DNA of 63,145 nt, counting the filler, from Kipferlia bialata (Eukaryota): assembly GCA_003568945.1 (NCBI GenBank). It is 7 parts of 7 records of this genome, joined end to end, with 100 filler letters (N's around TTAATTAATTAA, not from the genome) between each part and the next. Parts side by side here need not be neighbours in the genome. Positions count along the whole stretch, not along the records: positions 17,624 to 29,154 come from BDIP01001231.1; positions 29,255 to 36,116 come from BDIP01001232.1; positions 36,217 to 47,669 come from BDIP01001234.1; 4 more parts are not named here. One strand, 5' to 3'. Each line of letters opens with the position of its first letter. Position 1 is the first letter of the stretch. This document shows positions 25,508 through 39,445 of this stretch, in pieces. The notes under the pieces were generated by a model. The model saw only the letters and a list, made by a program, of their open reading frames with translations, was not told the origin of the DNA and searched no databases. Both the position numbers and the translations under genes were made by a program.

Positions 25508-28500
25508 TCACGTTAGGGATACAGTAGCAAGCCTTCGAATATGTGATAATGGGAATGCCAATACAGGATCCCCGCCAACACCCACCTCTCCCACTCCTGG
25601 GTCACCCTTGGTGTCTAGCGCGATGGCTCCTACTGGAGGAGGAGGAGGTCCGGAATGCACACCACTCTGAGAGTGAGGGGTGTGATTATGAGAGTGGATG
25701 GAGGGATATATACACAATTAGTAGTCGTAGACCACTGGAAGATGGAAAGTGAGTCAAAGGCATATACTATACTATATATGATACACACACTATACCTAAT
25801 ATACACATATATACACCACTAACAGTATACATACATAAATAGCTTGAGGAAGAATATGAATATGAGATGCGTAGAGTATGTGGTACTATCAGTAGTGGAG
25901 CACAGTCATTACTATTCTTCAATGCCAATGACTGCTAATAGTCTGCTATATCCAAACAGAAGACCTACATTTGTATATTGGTAATATAGAAATGAGGTGA
26001 GTGCTCCTCCACCATATACAGACCTGATCACCCCCTGCCTCCAGCTGTGCCTGCCCCGAGGTGGGTGCGGTATGTCCACCCATGGCCCTCTCTTCCTGTG
26101 GTCACATACAACAATTGTGGCTGAACGAACAGGCGGTTGTATATATGGGTACTTGAATCTGTGCATCCATGATGTAATTCTGAAACGTAGTAGCACAGTC
26201 ATATAAACAAGCAATAGTGGAGCCATCACAGAGTCAGGAGATACAGAGACTAAGTCATTAGGTTATGATCCTACGTGTGTTATTACACAATATCAACACA
26301 CCTTGTTACCATGAGTTGGAAACCCGATGGCTCCAGGGGGGGCTAGGGTTGGGAGCAGAGACAACACGCAGGAGAAGATATCACAATATAGTGTATTCTC
26401 TACTTCAGATGGACCACAAATTCTGGTGGACGGAATTACAAATACATAGTACAACACAAACACATAGAAAATACATAGACTGCACGTGAATACAACATAA
26501 AATAGAGTCAATTCACACTCTTTGCTGTACCTGGGGGGGGTGTCACATGGGTCCCTGAGGTTGGGACAGAAGTTCGGGTCTTGCCCTGAGGGTGAAAATG
26601 TAAAGATCACAAACAGAACATCTCCTTGCCTGTGGTATAAGTAAATGACCTCTCACATAGAGAAAGAAGAAACCCTACAAGATCATACTATAGGACCGCC
26701 TCCCAGCGATAAATATTCCGTGTGCTAGAGAATATTGTATATATATATGTGTACACACAGTGCCCACACCCACCTCTCCTGCCACTGGGAGACACATGGG
26801 GCCTGGCACGCTGGAGTCGCCTCCCGAAGAGGCAGAAGGTGGAGAAGGGACACTAGCCTGATAGTCAGGGTCGGGTAGAGTTGGTTGTATTCATATACCG
26901 ACAGACCTCACAGCGGGCCGGCTGTAACAAACAGATATCGACTCCACATGGGTGAGAACATGTATAGGTAGACCGGTATCAAGTCATAACACAGATAGAG
27001 TATCCGTCTCAGTGTAAGATAGTCTAGAGAGATCGCCAGGATTGAATAATGACACGACATATATATCACACTTGTTCCTCTGTATGTACTTACGTCCATG
27101 AGAGGGATCTCTCAGTCATTCCCAACAATGATCACTGGCATGTACATGGATATTGCGGATATATTTAAAGTAACCCCTCAGTATTCCCAGTATGAGTTGA
27201 ACGTCCTATTTACAGTGAATAACCACGCAGTTGTCCTAGCTAACCTGTACGTCCTCCGTGGTCTTAATGAACTCTCTGAAGCGTGAACCAAGATCATATC
27301 CCACTTGGTGAAGATACTCTGTCATTATGTTCTATAGTTAGAGGCGGAGGATGGGGCCGTCTGTCGGCGAGAGTGATTAATCCCCTAACCTGACATATGG
27401 TCAGATGAAGTATATAGAATATATATACAATATAGGTACACTCATTGATATCATCACCGGCAGCCTTATCTTTGAACTGTTCGGGTACAGTTCAACGGCC
27501 TTCTCGAACTCAGGACGCAGGGCATTGACACTGTCTCGCAGAGCCTACAGTGTAAGACACAAGGACAATATAGCTATTCGAAGTACTCAGCAACACAAAT
27601 GGTGCTCATACTATTGCGCACTGATACTGATACCTTCATCAGGGAGGTGAAGTTGCTCTCCATGTCTACAGAGCAGTATCCCTGCTTGATGGAGGTGACT
27701 AGGGTATCTGCCTCTTCAGCAGCCTCATTGACCACTGTCACGATAGGGTAGACGCTCTTGCATAACGTATGGACCTGCTTGTACCTAACAGTTGAGTGAA
27801 TGGGATACGATATGGATATATATGGTGGTGGTGGGACGTATACTACCAGAACTGAGGTCAGAGGTACCTCAGGAACTCCACAAAAGACGATGAATAGTAC
27901 ACTGACATGAGTATCAAATAACATACTTGGTACCCAGGGCCTCGGCAAACTCACTCGCATCCTCGACAGCGCTCCTGTACCCCTTGAAGACTGAACTGTC
28001 GATACTCTGGCTACCTGGGGTTGAGCATTCTACGGAAGAGAGAATATTGACACTAATCCTAAACCAGACGCAAGTCATCCGTACCCTGATGTGGTGCAAG
28101 TGCAATCCTCTTCAGTGTTTCCAATTCATCGCCAAGTGTCCCCAATTCCAGAAGAGCCTGAGTCAGAAAGGGTGTCACACACTAAGCGAGGCATCCTATG
28201 CACAGTAGCAGCATACACAAATACATAACCCGAAAACGCCTAATAAAATGATATGCATTCTATCAAACCATATTTCTACGGATACAGAAGCGAAATCAGC
28301 ACCTCAGACAGGGTCTTCTCATACGCCAAGAGACCTTCAATACTCGTGAAGCTCTTTCTAAAGGCGAGAGCACACTTTGCCTATGGTTAGAGTAGTATAT
28401 ATAGAGGTACACCCAGAGGCCCAATAACGATACCTCAATCTCCCCGAACTTGACTTCAACCACAGCCCTAGCTGAGGACTCCACAGACTTAGTGACCCAG

Positions 28501-29154
28501 CAGCAGAATCTCCCATAGTGACGCTAGAATGAGTGATCTCATGTGATATAAACAGCAATATGGGAACAGAGTTCAGCAGGTACTGTAGCACAGTTTAGAT
28601 ACCTCCAGCCTGGCAAGGGAAATCTGCACCGCTGCTCGAAGACTGGACGTCAATGGGGATATGCACGCAGAACGTTGGTTCTATAACATGCCCATTGGAT
28701 GCATACTCGTCGACAACACATGGAGTATCATACCTTTCACTGGTGGAAATGCTTCTTTCATCAGCATGGGCACCTATATCCTAGGATCAATGTAGCAATA
28801 AGTACTATATGTTTACATAATTGTGATAATATACGATCATTATATACTAACACCCGAGGACACCGCCAAATTTACAGGAATATTTCTGTGGCTGGTGTGT
28901 GAATACCTCGCTGATCCTTCCCAGGCAGTCCACGGCGTTGGCCTTCTCACGAACACAATCCTGGTGTCAACTGGAGTTCACACACATTGTTATACTCAAT
29001 ACCATACCTGCACAGTGCTAACGGTCAGAGGAGGAGGGTCAGTACGTGACACGAAGGGGCGAATGCCGGCGCCATAACGGTTGATCTGTGCAAGGATCTC
29101 CTTGCGGGACACTGGGGCTGCGGCCTTAGCCTTGGTCTTCTGACGAGTCAGTAC
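25508..29154 (-). CDS. Unknown multi-exon gene, 5'-truncated
   Basis: Exons LTRQKTKAKAAAPVSRKEILAQINRYGAG..., RYKQVHTLCKSVYPIVTVVNEAAEE..., LSVYEYNQLYPTLTIRLV..., RKRGPWVDIPHPPRGRHSWRQ, terminal ...SHIRRLATVSLT*. Some joins could not be put in frame. Confidence 0.4.
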
Positions 29155-29254
29155 NNNNNNNNNNNNNNNNNNNNNNNNNNNNNNNNNNNNNNNNNNNNTT
29201 AATTAATTAANNNNNNNNNNNNNNNNNNNNNNNNNNNNNNNNNNNNNNNNNNNN

Positions 29255-29289
<35 letters not shown>

Positions 29290-29338
29290 GAGGGGGGGGG
29301 GGGGGGGGGAAGAGAGAGAGAGTGTGTGTGAAAGATAC

Positions 29339-31305
29339 CGTGACACATGCAGCCTTGCTACTATAAAAAGCAGCATGGAAGCCATCCGCACCTGGGGACC
29401 CTGGGAGTGTCAGCTGTCTGGGCTGCACACACCGGCTGGACCGCATAGTACGATGGGCCCTAGGAGGGGACTGGGGGGTGGCCTCTGGGGGGCTCTCCGG
29501 CCTGGCAATGCTGGCCCTGACCAGAGGCACCGACACCCCGTGCCGGGTGATGTACTCAACCCCCTGGCCGGAGGGGTCACAGGACTCAGACCGGGTGTGT
29601 GTGTTGTGCAGGGTGCGTGCCGTGTAGGGCACTGTGGCACTGCGGTCATGGCGGTGGGAGGGCGCCACAGAGTGGTTGAGCGAGGTCATAGAGAGAGCCC
29701 GTCCCCTGGATGTGCCTGATGCAGACTGAGGTGTCTCAGACACAGCCAGGGAGTGGCGGGGTCCAGCTGCCCCTGCCCCCCTGGTCTGTCTAGGGTCCAC
29801 ACCCTGAGGGGACACAGGCCCATACCCCTGCATAGGATCAGACACTGGGGGCACACCATGTCCTTGACTGACACTCTCGTAATGGGCCACGCCCACCGGA
29901 GCAGACTCATACTCCTGATAGGTCTGATACCCAGACTCAGCATCGACCCCCTTCCTGTCCTCCTGCGGTCCTGCCTCATCAGACACACCCATGTCGCCTG
30001 GGTAGGGGCGAGGGGCCTCTCCCTCTGCCTCTCCATAGGCACCTGAGGGGACATCTCTGAGGGACTGTGTCCCCTGGGCTGTGTCCACCCCCTGTCCCAT
30101 CCTGTCGACAGATACAGACACTGAGCCGGTATCAGGGGCAGGGTCTCCATAGGCATAGGAATCCCTCTCAGCCTCAAGACTCTCAGCCTCAAGACTCTCT
30201 CTTTCCCTGTCCCGCCGCCTTTCACTCTCCCTCTCCCTCTTCAGCTCGCGTTGCGCCTGCTTCTCTCTCTCTCTCTCCCGCTGCCTCACTCTCTCTCTCT
30301 CTTTCCGTGCTTGCCTCTTGCCTGCAAACAGCGTCCTGATCCGCAGGATGTTCTTGGTCAGCTGGGGGTCAGACTCTATCAACAGCCAAATGATACTGAG
30401 GGACGATAATTTGGAGAGAGAAGAATAGACGACGTCATGGGGAAGATAAATATATATCACATAGACCCACCTGAATGTTGGTACCGAGTGTGGACGACAC
30501 CTCCATGAAGTACAGGCCGAGTTCCTCACTGGGTCAGAGGCAGAGAGAGAGAGAAACCTAGTCCAACTAGAAGCAGAATAATAGCTGAAGATCCCACATC
30601 CCAATACAAGTATGCTTCACATACCTCAACTTCTCAGCTGCCTGTCTATCGACCCTTCTGAACCTGGCCTTGTCAACGTGGGTCCCGATCAGCAGCTTGA
30701 CCACACACGTGTCAGGCATCGCAGCGAGCCACGCCTAGGGTGAGACCCAATAACAATATGAAATATGGGATGAATAAGTACATGTAACATATCCAGCAGG
30801 GGCGCCAACAATACCCGACACAGGAAGAGAATGATGGAACAGAAGGTAACACACACACATATATATATACTGAACCCTGCATACCTTGGCCTGATCGAAC
30901 GAGGCAGAGCTCAGCACTGAGTAGCACACCAGGCAACCCCAGGCTGGTGTGAGAATCCAAGCAAGAAATGAACGATACTCAATGAATCTAGACAGCTGAC
31001 ACCACATCTCAATATCAACCAGGGTAGCTATGAATACAGAGAGTGATATATATATACGCAGGTATTTGTGAACCTGAATCCAGATAGCTTTCCGGTGTGG
31101 CGTCTGGGGCCTCGTATGGACACTCCTTCAGCTCCATGGTCACTTTCACTTCTCCTGAGTCCTCAGAAGATGGCCCTGCAGAGGCAGAAACCGCCTTCTG
31201 CTCGGAAAACACAACAACATTGTCCTTGTCAGGTTGAAAGGCTGTTATTAGGGCACTCTTTCCACTCCCAGTGGCGCCACATACAAAGAATGTCTGTTTT
31301 GCCAT
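29339..31305 (-). CDS. Divergent Ras/Rab-like small GTPase domain with long charged/low-complexity C-terminal extension (3'-truncated)
   Basis: G1 VCGATGSGKSAL; AWGCLVCYSVLSSASFDQAKAWL; G4-like LLIGTHVD; G5-like YFMEVSSTLGTNI; then a ~1-kb exon beginning LTKNILRIRTLFAGKRQARKERER. Confidence 0.8.
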
Positions 31306-31456
31306 ATTGGGTCCCTTGGACCAAGTTGGAGAGCTCCAGGACGGCTATATGGAGCTATACTGGTAGTGGAGACAGAGAGCTCACTGGTTCCGAGACCCTT
31401 TTGACGTTTTTGCTTCCTTGGTTGCTCAAGTAAACCTCTCTCTAAGTTCTGATAGT
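31306..31456. promoter_or_regulatory. Putative bidirectional promoter (Rab-like / CDC23)
   Basis: Divergent ATGs are 151 nt apart. Confidence 0.55.
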
Positions 31457-33844
31457 ATGGACTCCGGGAGGGAGGATGAGACCCTCTCACAAGAGCTATT
31501 AGACGCATCCCGTCAGCTTCATGCTGCTGGTTACAACTCTTCTGCCTTATGGTACGCTCTCAGTATCAGTATTGCAGTGTTTCATCATCTGAGACATTCT
31601 ATTGGATTGTCTCAGAGTGAATATATACCACATTCATACATAGTTTGTTTGTGTATTCTTCTCGATTCCCTAGTTGACCTCAGGCTGCTGGCCCAGTTTC
31701 CCGATACAGACTGTGAGTGCACTATAGACAGTCTTAGATCTCTCGCAGCCCTTGGGGCCCGTAACTATATCCGCTCCAGCACCCCTAGTGCACCTGTCCT
31801 GGCGGCAGAGGCCTCTACAGTCACTCGCAAGTGCTGGCCCCTCCCCAGGCTCCCCCCCCTCCCCACACCCACTGTGTGCGATGCCGACCCCATCTCCCTG
31901 TATCTCAAGGGGGCGGGTCTCATCCGGTCGGGGCAGAGGGAGACGGGCCTGACCTGTCTAGTGGAGGCCCTATTGTTGGACCCCTTCCTGGTGCCCGCTG
32001 TGCTGCTGCTGGTGCCCTGTGTCGTGTCGTCCCAGGAGCTGCTGGGCCTGGGTCTGCTCTCCCCCTCTGCCCACCCCTGGCTGCACCTGGTGCATGTCGA
32101 GGTGTGCCTGGCCCTGACAGAGACAGCCGCGGCACAGCAGGTATATCGATAGGTGTCTGTATGTATATGTATATATACTGACTGGTACTGACACCAGGTG
32201 TTAGACTCCATGTCGGACGGTGTCTCCCTCACGATCCGCTCCTCTCTCTATGGCCAGTACCTACAGGGTCTGGTTGCATACCAGCTCAGAGACCTGCCCA
32301 GGGCCCTGTCTCTGCTGGACGGGTGTGTCAAGGCGTGCCCCACCTTTGGCCCTGCGTGTGTGGTGCTGTCCAACATCCTGTTTGTAATGTCCGATGCAGA
32401 GGGCCTGTTCAGGCTGGCGTCATATCTACAGGCAGAGGTCCCCACCCTGCCCCACACCCTCATAGCCCTGGGCAACGCACACTCCCTCAAGGGGTCGGGG
32501 CAGGCCGCTCTCAGGGCCTTTGTGGCTGCACTCCGGATGGACCCGTCGCAGGTGGGGGGCAGTATACTTGGGTTGGTGTCTCGTGCTATTATGTGTAGTG
32601 TGTGCGTCATGTCTCAGTATATATATATCACCCCCTATATGCTGGATATGTTTCTGATCACCCCCCCACCCAGGGTGCTGTCTGGGCCCTGGTGGGTCAC
32701 GAGGCTCTGGAGCTCAAGAGGCTGCCCCTGGCCCTGTCTGCGTACAGAAGGGCCCACGCCCTCCTCCCTGGGGACTACAACCCGTCGATGTGTCTGTCCC
32801 AGGCATACCTCGTGGCTTCCCAGCCCAGGATGGCCCTGCACTATGCAGACGAGGCCATCCGGCTCAACAAGGCAGACCCCAGGTGGGCAGGGGTAGATTT
32901 GTGTGTATAGTATATATAGATGTATGTATATGTCAGTGTATATGATAGTATATCTGCCCCCACCCCCCAGGCTGTGGCAGTGGAAGGCCAAGGTGCTGGA
33001 CCACCTCTCCGAGCCGAGGCTGTCCCTTCAGTGCATGCGGGTGGCATCCACCCTCGAGGCACCCACCGGCCGGAGGAGGGCCCTCCTGTCCCTTGGCATC
33101 AAGGCTGTGAGGATGGGGTTCCAGGAGGAGGGCGTGGCATACCTCGGGGGTCTGTTCCAGGATGTATCTGCTGCCAGGGAGAGTGGCCAGACAGTGCCCC
33201 TCGAGCCCCAGGCCCTGGCTGAGGGTCTGACCTCCCTCATGCGTCTCCAGCTGGACAGGCACTGCACCCAGGGCCTGAGGGAGGCCATAGACTGTGCCCG
33301 GTGGCTGACCCCAGAGGTGAGGGCAGGCCTGGACCCCCTGCTCTCAGAGGCTGCGTCTCTGGTGGCTGCCTCTGACCATGGTCATGGGGTGGGTGTGTCC
33401 GGTGCCTCTGCGGGTATCACGGGCCCAGGTGCATCAGTCTCACTGGCCATGGGGTTGCAGGGCAGGGTGCCGGGGGATGTGATGGTGCCCCCTGCGTCGC
33501 TGTCCCCGATGCTCTCTCCCTCTCTCTCCATGGGGCTGTCCCCCTCCCTCTCCCCCCAGGGCATGGATAGTATGGCCGTGTCCCCCACATGCAGTATCGT
33601 GGACGTGGCCGATAACAGAGAGGGTATGGGGTCGATGCTGTCTGCGAGGGGGGGCATGTCCTCTCTCTCTGCCCTGGGGGCACAGACACCCTCGGTGGGG
33701 GGGCCTCACCTAGATAGCATGCACCACACACTGACAGACACCCCTGCTGAGGGGGGGGCCTCCTCTGGCTCTGCCTCTCCGTCTGTGCTGATGGGCAGCA
33801 TGGGATCATTCACCAATAGCTTCAGCAGCATGGTCTTTGACTGA
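31457..33844 (+). CDS. CDC23: Anaphase-promoting complex TPR subunit APC8/CDC23
   Basis: N-terminal ELLDASRQLHAAGYNSSALW, SLYLKGAGL...LVEALLLDPF, and the TPR block ALGNAHSLKG...ALRMDPSQGAVWALVGHEALELKRLPLALSAYRRA...DYNPSMCLSQAY...ALHYADEAIRLNKADPRLW follow CDC23 in order. Five exons and an SP/TP-rich tail. Confidence 0.85.
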
Positions 33845-34402
33845 GGTGATATATTGACTGAGGATAGGGCATATTGAGGGAGGGTAGCAATTATAAGAGG
33901 CTTCTGTTGGAACCCCCTACCCCTTTCAGCTATACCCTGTGTGTATGACCAGTATCAGTATCAGTATGACGTATGGCTCTACACTGACGTATCTGGATAG
34001 GCCACATATACCTCGGCCATGTGTGCAGGGTTGTTGTATACTATGGATAGAGAATTGGTTACGAAACACAATATATTGATAGTGTGACCGTTCCACTCTA
34101 CAACTCATTAATATGATACTAATACGATATCTATTCTGTGTAGAGAATTCTGGCCACATCTATCAAGAGGTAGGACCGAGGGGTACCAGGCTCCAGCGGG
34201 TCTGTTCCCAGACACTCCCACCCAGTATACAGAGGGAGAGGCTATTCGGTGCGAGCAGAGCAGACATATGAACTCTGTAGGAGAGCCCCAATGCCATCAT
34301 CTCAGACTATGACCCACACAGTGCATTAGACAGTTGGCATGGCACCATACCCGGCAGTGTATGTGGTGCCTACCCTGCTGTGTATCCAGTGCCTGCTGAC
34401 AC

Positions 34403-35758
34403 CTAGTCCAGCAGGATCTGCACCACATCATTGTCTGCCAGGACATGGGAGAGACCTGCATTCTGGGGCTGGAACTTGACACTCCTCCCCCACACCTTGG
34501 CGCCCTTGAACTTGGACACAAAATCCTTGTGGATGCCCTTGCACACGTCCTCCACAGTGCTGCCCTGCGGTGAGGGAGAGAGAGAGGGGGAGAGAGAGAG
34601 GGGGAGAGAGAGAGAGAGATGCATACCTTGGGGAAGAACATGGCTGCCTTGGCGTCCAGACAGGGGGGCTCTCCCCTGGGCTTGGTGTACACCCTCACCA
34701 GACCCAGAGACCGCCATATCATCTCCTTGACATACTCAATGTTGATACCGTCCTGGGGGTGAGGCTACATCAACATGGGTCTCTGACAATAATTTAGTCA
34801 CAATATCGGCCAATATCGAGGTATATCCACAGACAGAATACATGTGGGGCTATACACCGTGGGACTTGTCTAGTGCCCATACCCATACATACACCCATAC
34901 CCCCCCACCTTGATTGATGTGACGACTGTCCTGGGCTCCAGGGCAAAGTGCTCCAGGGCCTCGAAGGATAGGGTGTCGATCTTGTTGACCACATACAGAC
35001 AGGGCATGTACACTCTGTTGCCCACCAGCACATCGATCAGCTGGTCCACGGTGATGTCCTGCCTGATGACAACCTCGGCATTGTGGGTCTTGAACTCATG
35101 GCCTGGGGGTCAGGGGGAGGGGGGGAGACACAGCGCAGAGTATATATCATGTACTGTGGCTAGTACTCTAACATATGACACTCACCGATGATCTTCTTGA
35201 TATCATCCTCATCGATGTGTGTCAGCTGGCATGTGGACGTGATCTGGATACCTCCCCTGCTCTGGGGTCAGCTGTGTATGTGTATACATATTCATACAAA
35301 TAGTATTTGTCAAATACATACCTTGGGGGTGATGACGACGTCTGGGGGCTGCTGGTTGACCCTGATACCCATCTCACTCAGCTCCTTGATCAGCTTGCGC
35401 CTCTCCACATCTGCGTTGGCAGCAGACAGCATCATGAGAATGAGGTCGGAGGTACGGGCAGTGGCAATCACCTGCCTGCCCCTACCCTTGCCAGAGGCAG
35501 CACCCTCGATGATGCCTGGCAGGTCGAGAACCTGGCGGGGTAGGAGGAGGAGGGGGGGGGGTAGACAATATCAATATATCAATACTACATAAGATATCAA
35601 TAGTAACTACGTCCCAAGTATACCTGGATACGAGCTCCGTGCATCTCCAGCACCCCTGGCACGCATGTAAGAGTGGTGAACTCATATGAGGCACAGGCAG
35701 AGGCTGTCTCTGTGACTGTGGAGAGGAAGGTGGACTTGCCAACAGAGGGGAACCCAAT
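34403..35758 (-). CDS. DRG: Developmentally regulated GTP-binding protein (DRG family OBG GTPase with TGS domain); normal N-terminus missing
   Basis: [96 protein letters not shown]. Confidence 0.95.
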
Positions 35759-35869
35759 CTAGGGGTGAGAGAGGGGGGGGGGGGGGGGGGAGGGAGAGAG
35801 GGAGGGCGGTACTGTAAGGTGACTTGTGTCTCCAAGATTATTGATGTATATAGATACACTCAGCCTGAC

Positions 35870-36064
35870 CTGGGCTGTGTGTGCCTTCAGCCTCTGATCC
35901 AGCTCCTTCAGCTGGGCAGCGGCGTTGAGGTTGGGGGTGAGCTTACGCAGCTGGACCTACGGGTGAGGAGGAGGGTAAATACAACTACATGTACAACCCA
36001 ACAAGCACTGCACCACCCACCTTGACCTCGGCCTCCCTGGCATTGACCCTCTCGAGGGCACGGT
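35870..36064 (-). CDS. Two exons of an SMC-like coiled-coil segment abutting DRG
   Basis: DRALERVNAREAEVK / VQLRKLTPNLNAAAQLKELDQRLKAHTAQ. The L..PN..A...L pattern recalls the C-terminal coil of SMC proteins and is unlike a DRG N-terminus. Confidence 0.45.
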
Positions 36065-36908
36065 CTGGGGTGAGGGGGGGGGGGGGGGGGGGGACCTTTT
36101 CATAAAAACACAAAAANNNNNNNNNNNNNNNNNNNNNNNNNNNNNNNNNNNNNNNNNNNNTTAATTAATTAANNNNNNNNNNNNNNNNNNNNNNNNNNNN
36201 NNNNNNNNNNNNNNNNCTATTGGCAGACAACCGCCAGGCCTACACGGTACACACAGACACTCTTCCTGAGGGGATTGGTGATATAGACACTGAATAGATC
36301 TGCGATACATATTGGAAGGGATCTGTTGTGCTGGTGACGCATGTCTTGTGCCTGACGACGAATATGCTTACATAGTACACACAGACACTCCACCGCAGGT
36401 GATCGGTGAAGGAGATACTGTGTAGATGGAGTCCCTCTGATCACCAGATTCTGAGGGGCTGTGAAAGCTGGGTATGATTATTGTTTTGAATATTGTCTCT
36501 CTTGCAGTCTTCGGTTACTGTATTGAATATTGGAGAAGAGGTGTCTAATAGAGACCATGAAATTGATAAACGGTGATCAGACTCAGTCTGGACCACTTCT
36601 ACTATAAATCGTTGTCTACAAAGTGATACAGACACACTGCCTGTCAGAATGCAGGTTGATGTTCAAGCATAGACCGGGCGATTGTGAGTAACCAGCAGGA
36701 GTACAAACACAAATATATTGCACACCATCAGTCATGACAAATGATAGACAGACATACTTGGTGGACAGAGGGCTTTACTATATACTATATACTATATTCG
36801 GACGGTGCCACCGTTGAAAGCAAGAGCAACTGTAGTCTTAGAGTCTACCCTGCACAGGACCTTGCCGGTCTGTGTCTCTGTCTCTCTTGTGTCTCTACCG
36901 ATCTCCCT

Positions 36909-39414
36909 TTAGCCACCTGCATGCACCATGGCAAGCACCCTGGGGTCAAGTCACTTGTATTACATATACTGTGTAAGTAACTGTACAATACGGGATAGTG
37001 TCATGGACCATGGCAGGCATCCTGGTGTCCTTTCAGATCTATACTACGATCATATAAAGATACTACGAGTCGTAGTCTACGACATTGTGTTAGGACATGT
37101 ACAATACTGGGCAGTGTCATTGACAATGGCAAGCACACTGCTGATATCAGATGTAGGTGTGTGAGAGTTCACATGATGATAGACACTAATGATCTGATAT
37201 GTCTGGTTGGGACACTGCAACATAGACTGAGCTGTAGAATGTAGATATAGATATGCGATATACATATGTGTTTGTACAATAGTACAGACACCGAGTCGTG
37301 TACCTCTTGTGGGTGGGACACTGGCATATCTGGGCTGTGCCAGAGTCGTCTGACTGTGAGAGGTATGTAGGTATACATATATATATACACTGTATATAAT
37401 ATATCAGATACTGATACTGATACTGATACTGGTATATCTGGGCTGTGCCACAGTCGTCTGACAGTGAGAGGTGTATAGGTATACATATATATAGAGAGAG
37501 AGAGGGAAAGACAGAGAGAGAGAGAGACGGTAAGCGAGTGAAACTGGCACATGAAAGGCTTCATAATGGTGGGAGGGAAGTTGAAACCCTCTCCGCTCCG
37601 ATATACAGAGGGAGTACATATATGAAAATTCCCTCACACACATATGTGTGTATCATTCATCCCACTGCAGTCCCGCCTGCATACTATAAATACATTAATG
37701 AAAGCATCACTATATATATTGATATTGCATTATTATTACTATACTATACTAAGAGTTGGAGACTGGCTCACCCCACTCCAGTCCCGTCTGCATCAGAGAC
37801 CCAATGTTGAGAACGGTGCCGGTCATGCGCTCACCACACTCTAGGGGTCAGAGAGAAAGAGTAGATTTTACACAGGGAGGGCATAAGAGTGAGAGATCGT
37901 ACGTAAATGACAGAGAAAATACGTAGATGGTAAGAGAGAGAGTATGAATATATAGGTGATAGATGGAAGAGACACGTGCTTGGGCAGTGAGGGTACATCA
38001 CGTGCTGGATCCACTCGAACCACCCCCCAATAGTGATCTGGACACCCTCGAGGACACCCTGGGACTAGAGGTGAGGGCTCAAACAATGACAATACCAGGA
38101 CAAGAGGTTAGGAGTGACATAATGACCATACATAGAGAGATAGTGTAAGTGTGAGTGATCTGGCTGCCCTCAATGACACCCTGGGACTGGGGGTGAGGAA
38201 GGATCATGTTCATACATGTTCATACATTTACAAATATACATAGATAGAGAGAGTGTAAGATAGTTAGTTTCCAGAAGAGCCCTCAGTTGCCCCCTGGGAC
38301 TGGGGGTGAGACAAAGGGGAGACCGAGAGAATACTGCATAGGTATACTTCTATATGCATACTATTCACATATTATACCTCCTCCCATATGTACTCCTCAT
38401 CAATGTCGGTTGGCTTGTCACGGGTCAGCTCTCGGAGTTCGGCACCTGGATGTGAGAGAAGATACGTGATCACGCTAATGGATAGATAACCCTTGGGCAC
38501 AAAAATGGCAGATGGAGGCAGAGAAATGTATCTGCTTCATACACATTTGAGATATTGGAAGGTTAAACAACTCAAGAGACGTACCCTTTGGAAAGTCATT
38601 GGGGCGCTTGATGATCCTAGTGGTGAGATAAGAAGAGAGAGAGAGTAGGAAATACAGCAAAACGACATACTCAGGATTCGGAAACACTTGGAAATATGGA
38701 GCATACACAATAGTGTTGCGGTCCCCCAGACAACTACACTTTTGAAGACACTTATGCCAGAGGGAATAGCAGATATAGACACATCTCTAGACGGTATACT
38801 CTGTATATAGGAGAGAGTGTGTGTGAGAGGCATTGAGATAGACTGTATATATATATATATATATATGCCTTGGTACTGCACACTCCATGCATAGAACATT
38901 CAAATCTATTCATCATATGAATATCAAGATATACATACAGTAAAGACGCACCTCTGCACTGCACACAAATATATACTATATTACAACCATATATATGTAC
39001 CTTTATTCGCACACTCTGTGTATGGGCCCACACGCATATATAAATACAATACTTGTGTTTCATATAGAAGTACCTCTGCACTGCACACTCTGTGTGTGGG
39101 GACACATAGCATATGATATATACCGATTCATCTATATATACTATATTCATAGACATCATATATGTGTATATATACCTCTGCACCGCACACTCTGTGTGTG
39201 GGGACACATCAGTGTTGTACATGGCCACAATCTCTGCCCTGGGGGGTTGAGAGAGAAAGTGGGGGAGGGTGAGAGACTAACACTGAGAGTGTTATACAGA
39301 AGATCTTTGCACACCTCTGTCTACGCTGCCTCAGCAGTGTTGTGCATACATCATATGACATATATAGTACGTATGTATAAAATGAAATGTGTATATATAT
39401 ATATAAATATACAG

Positions 39415-39445
<31 letters not shown>

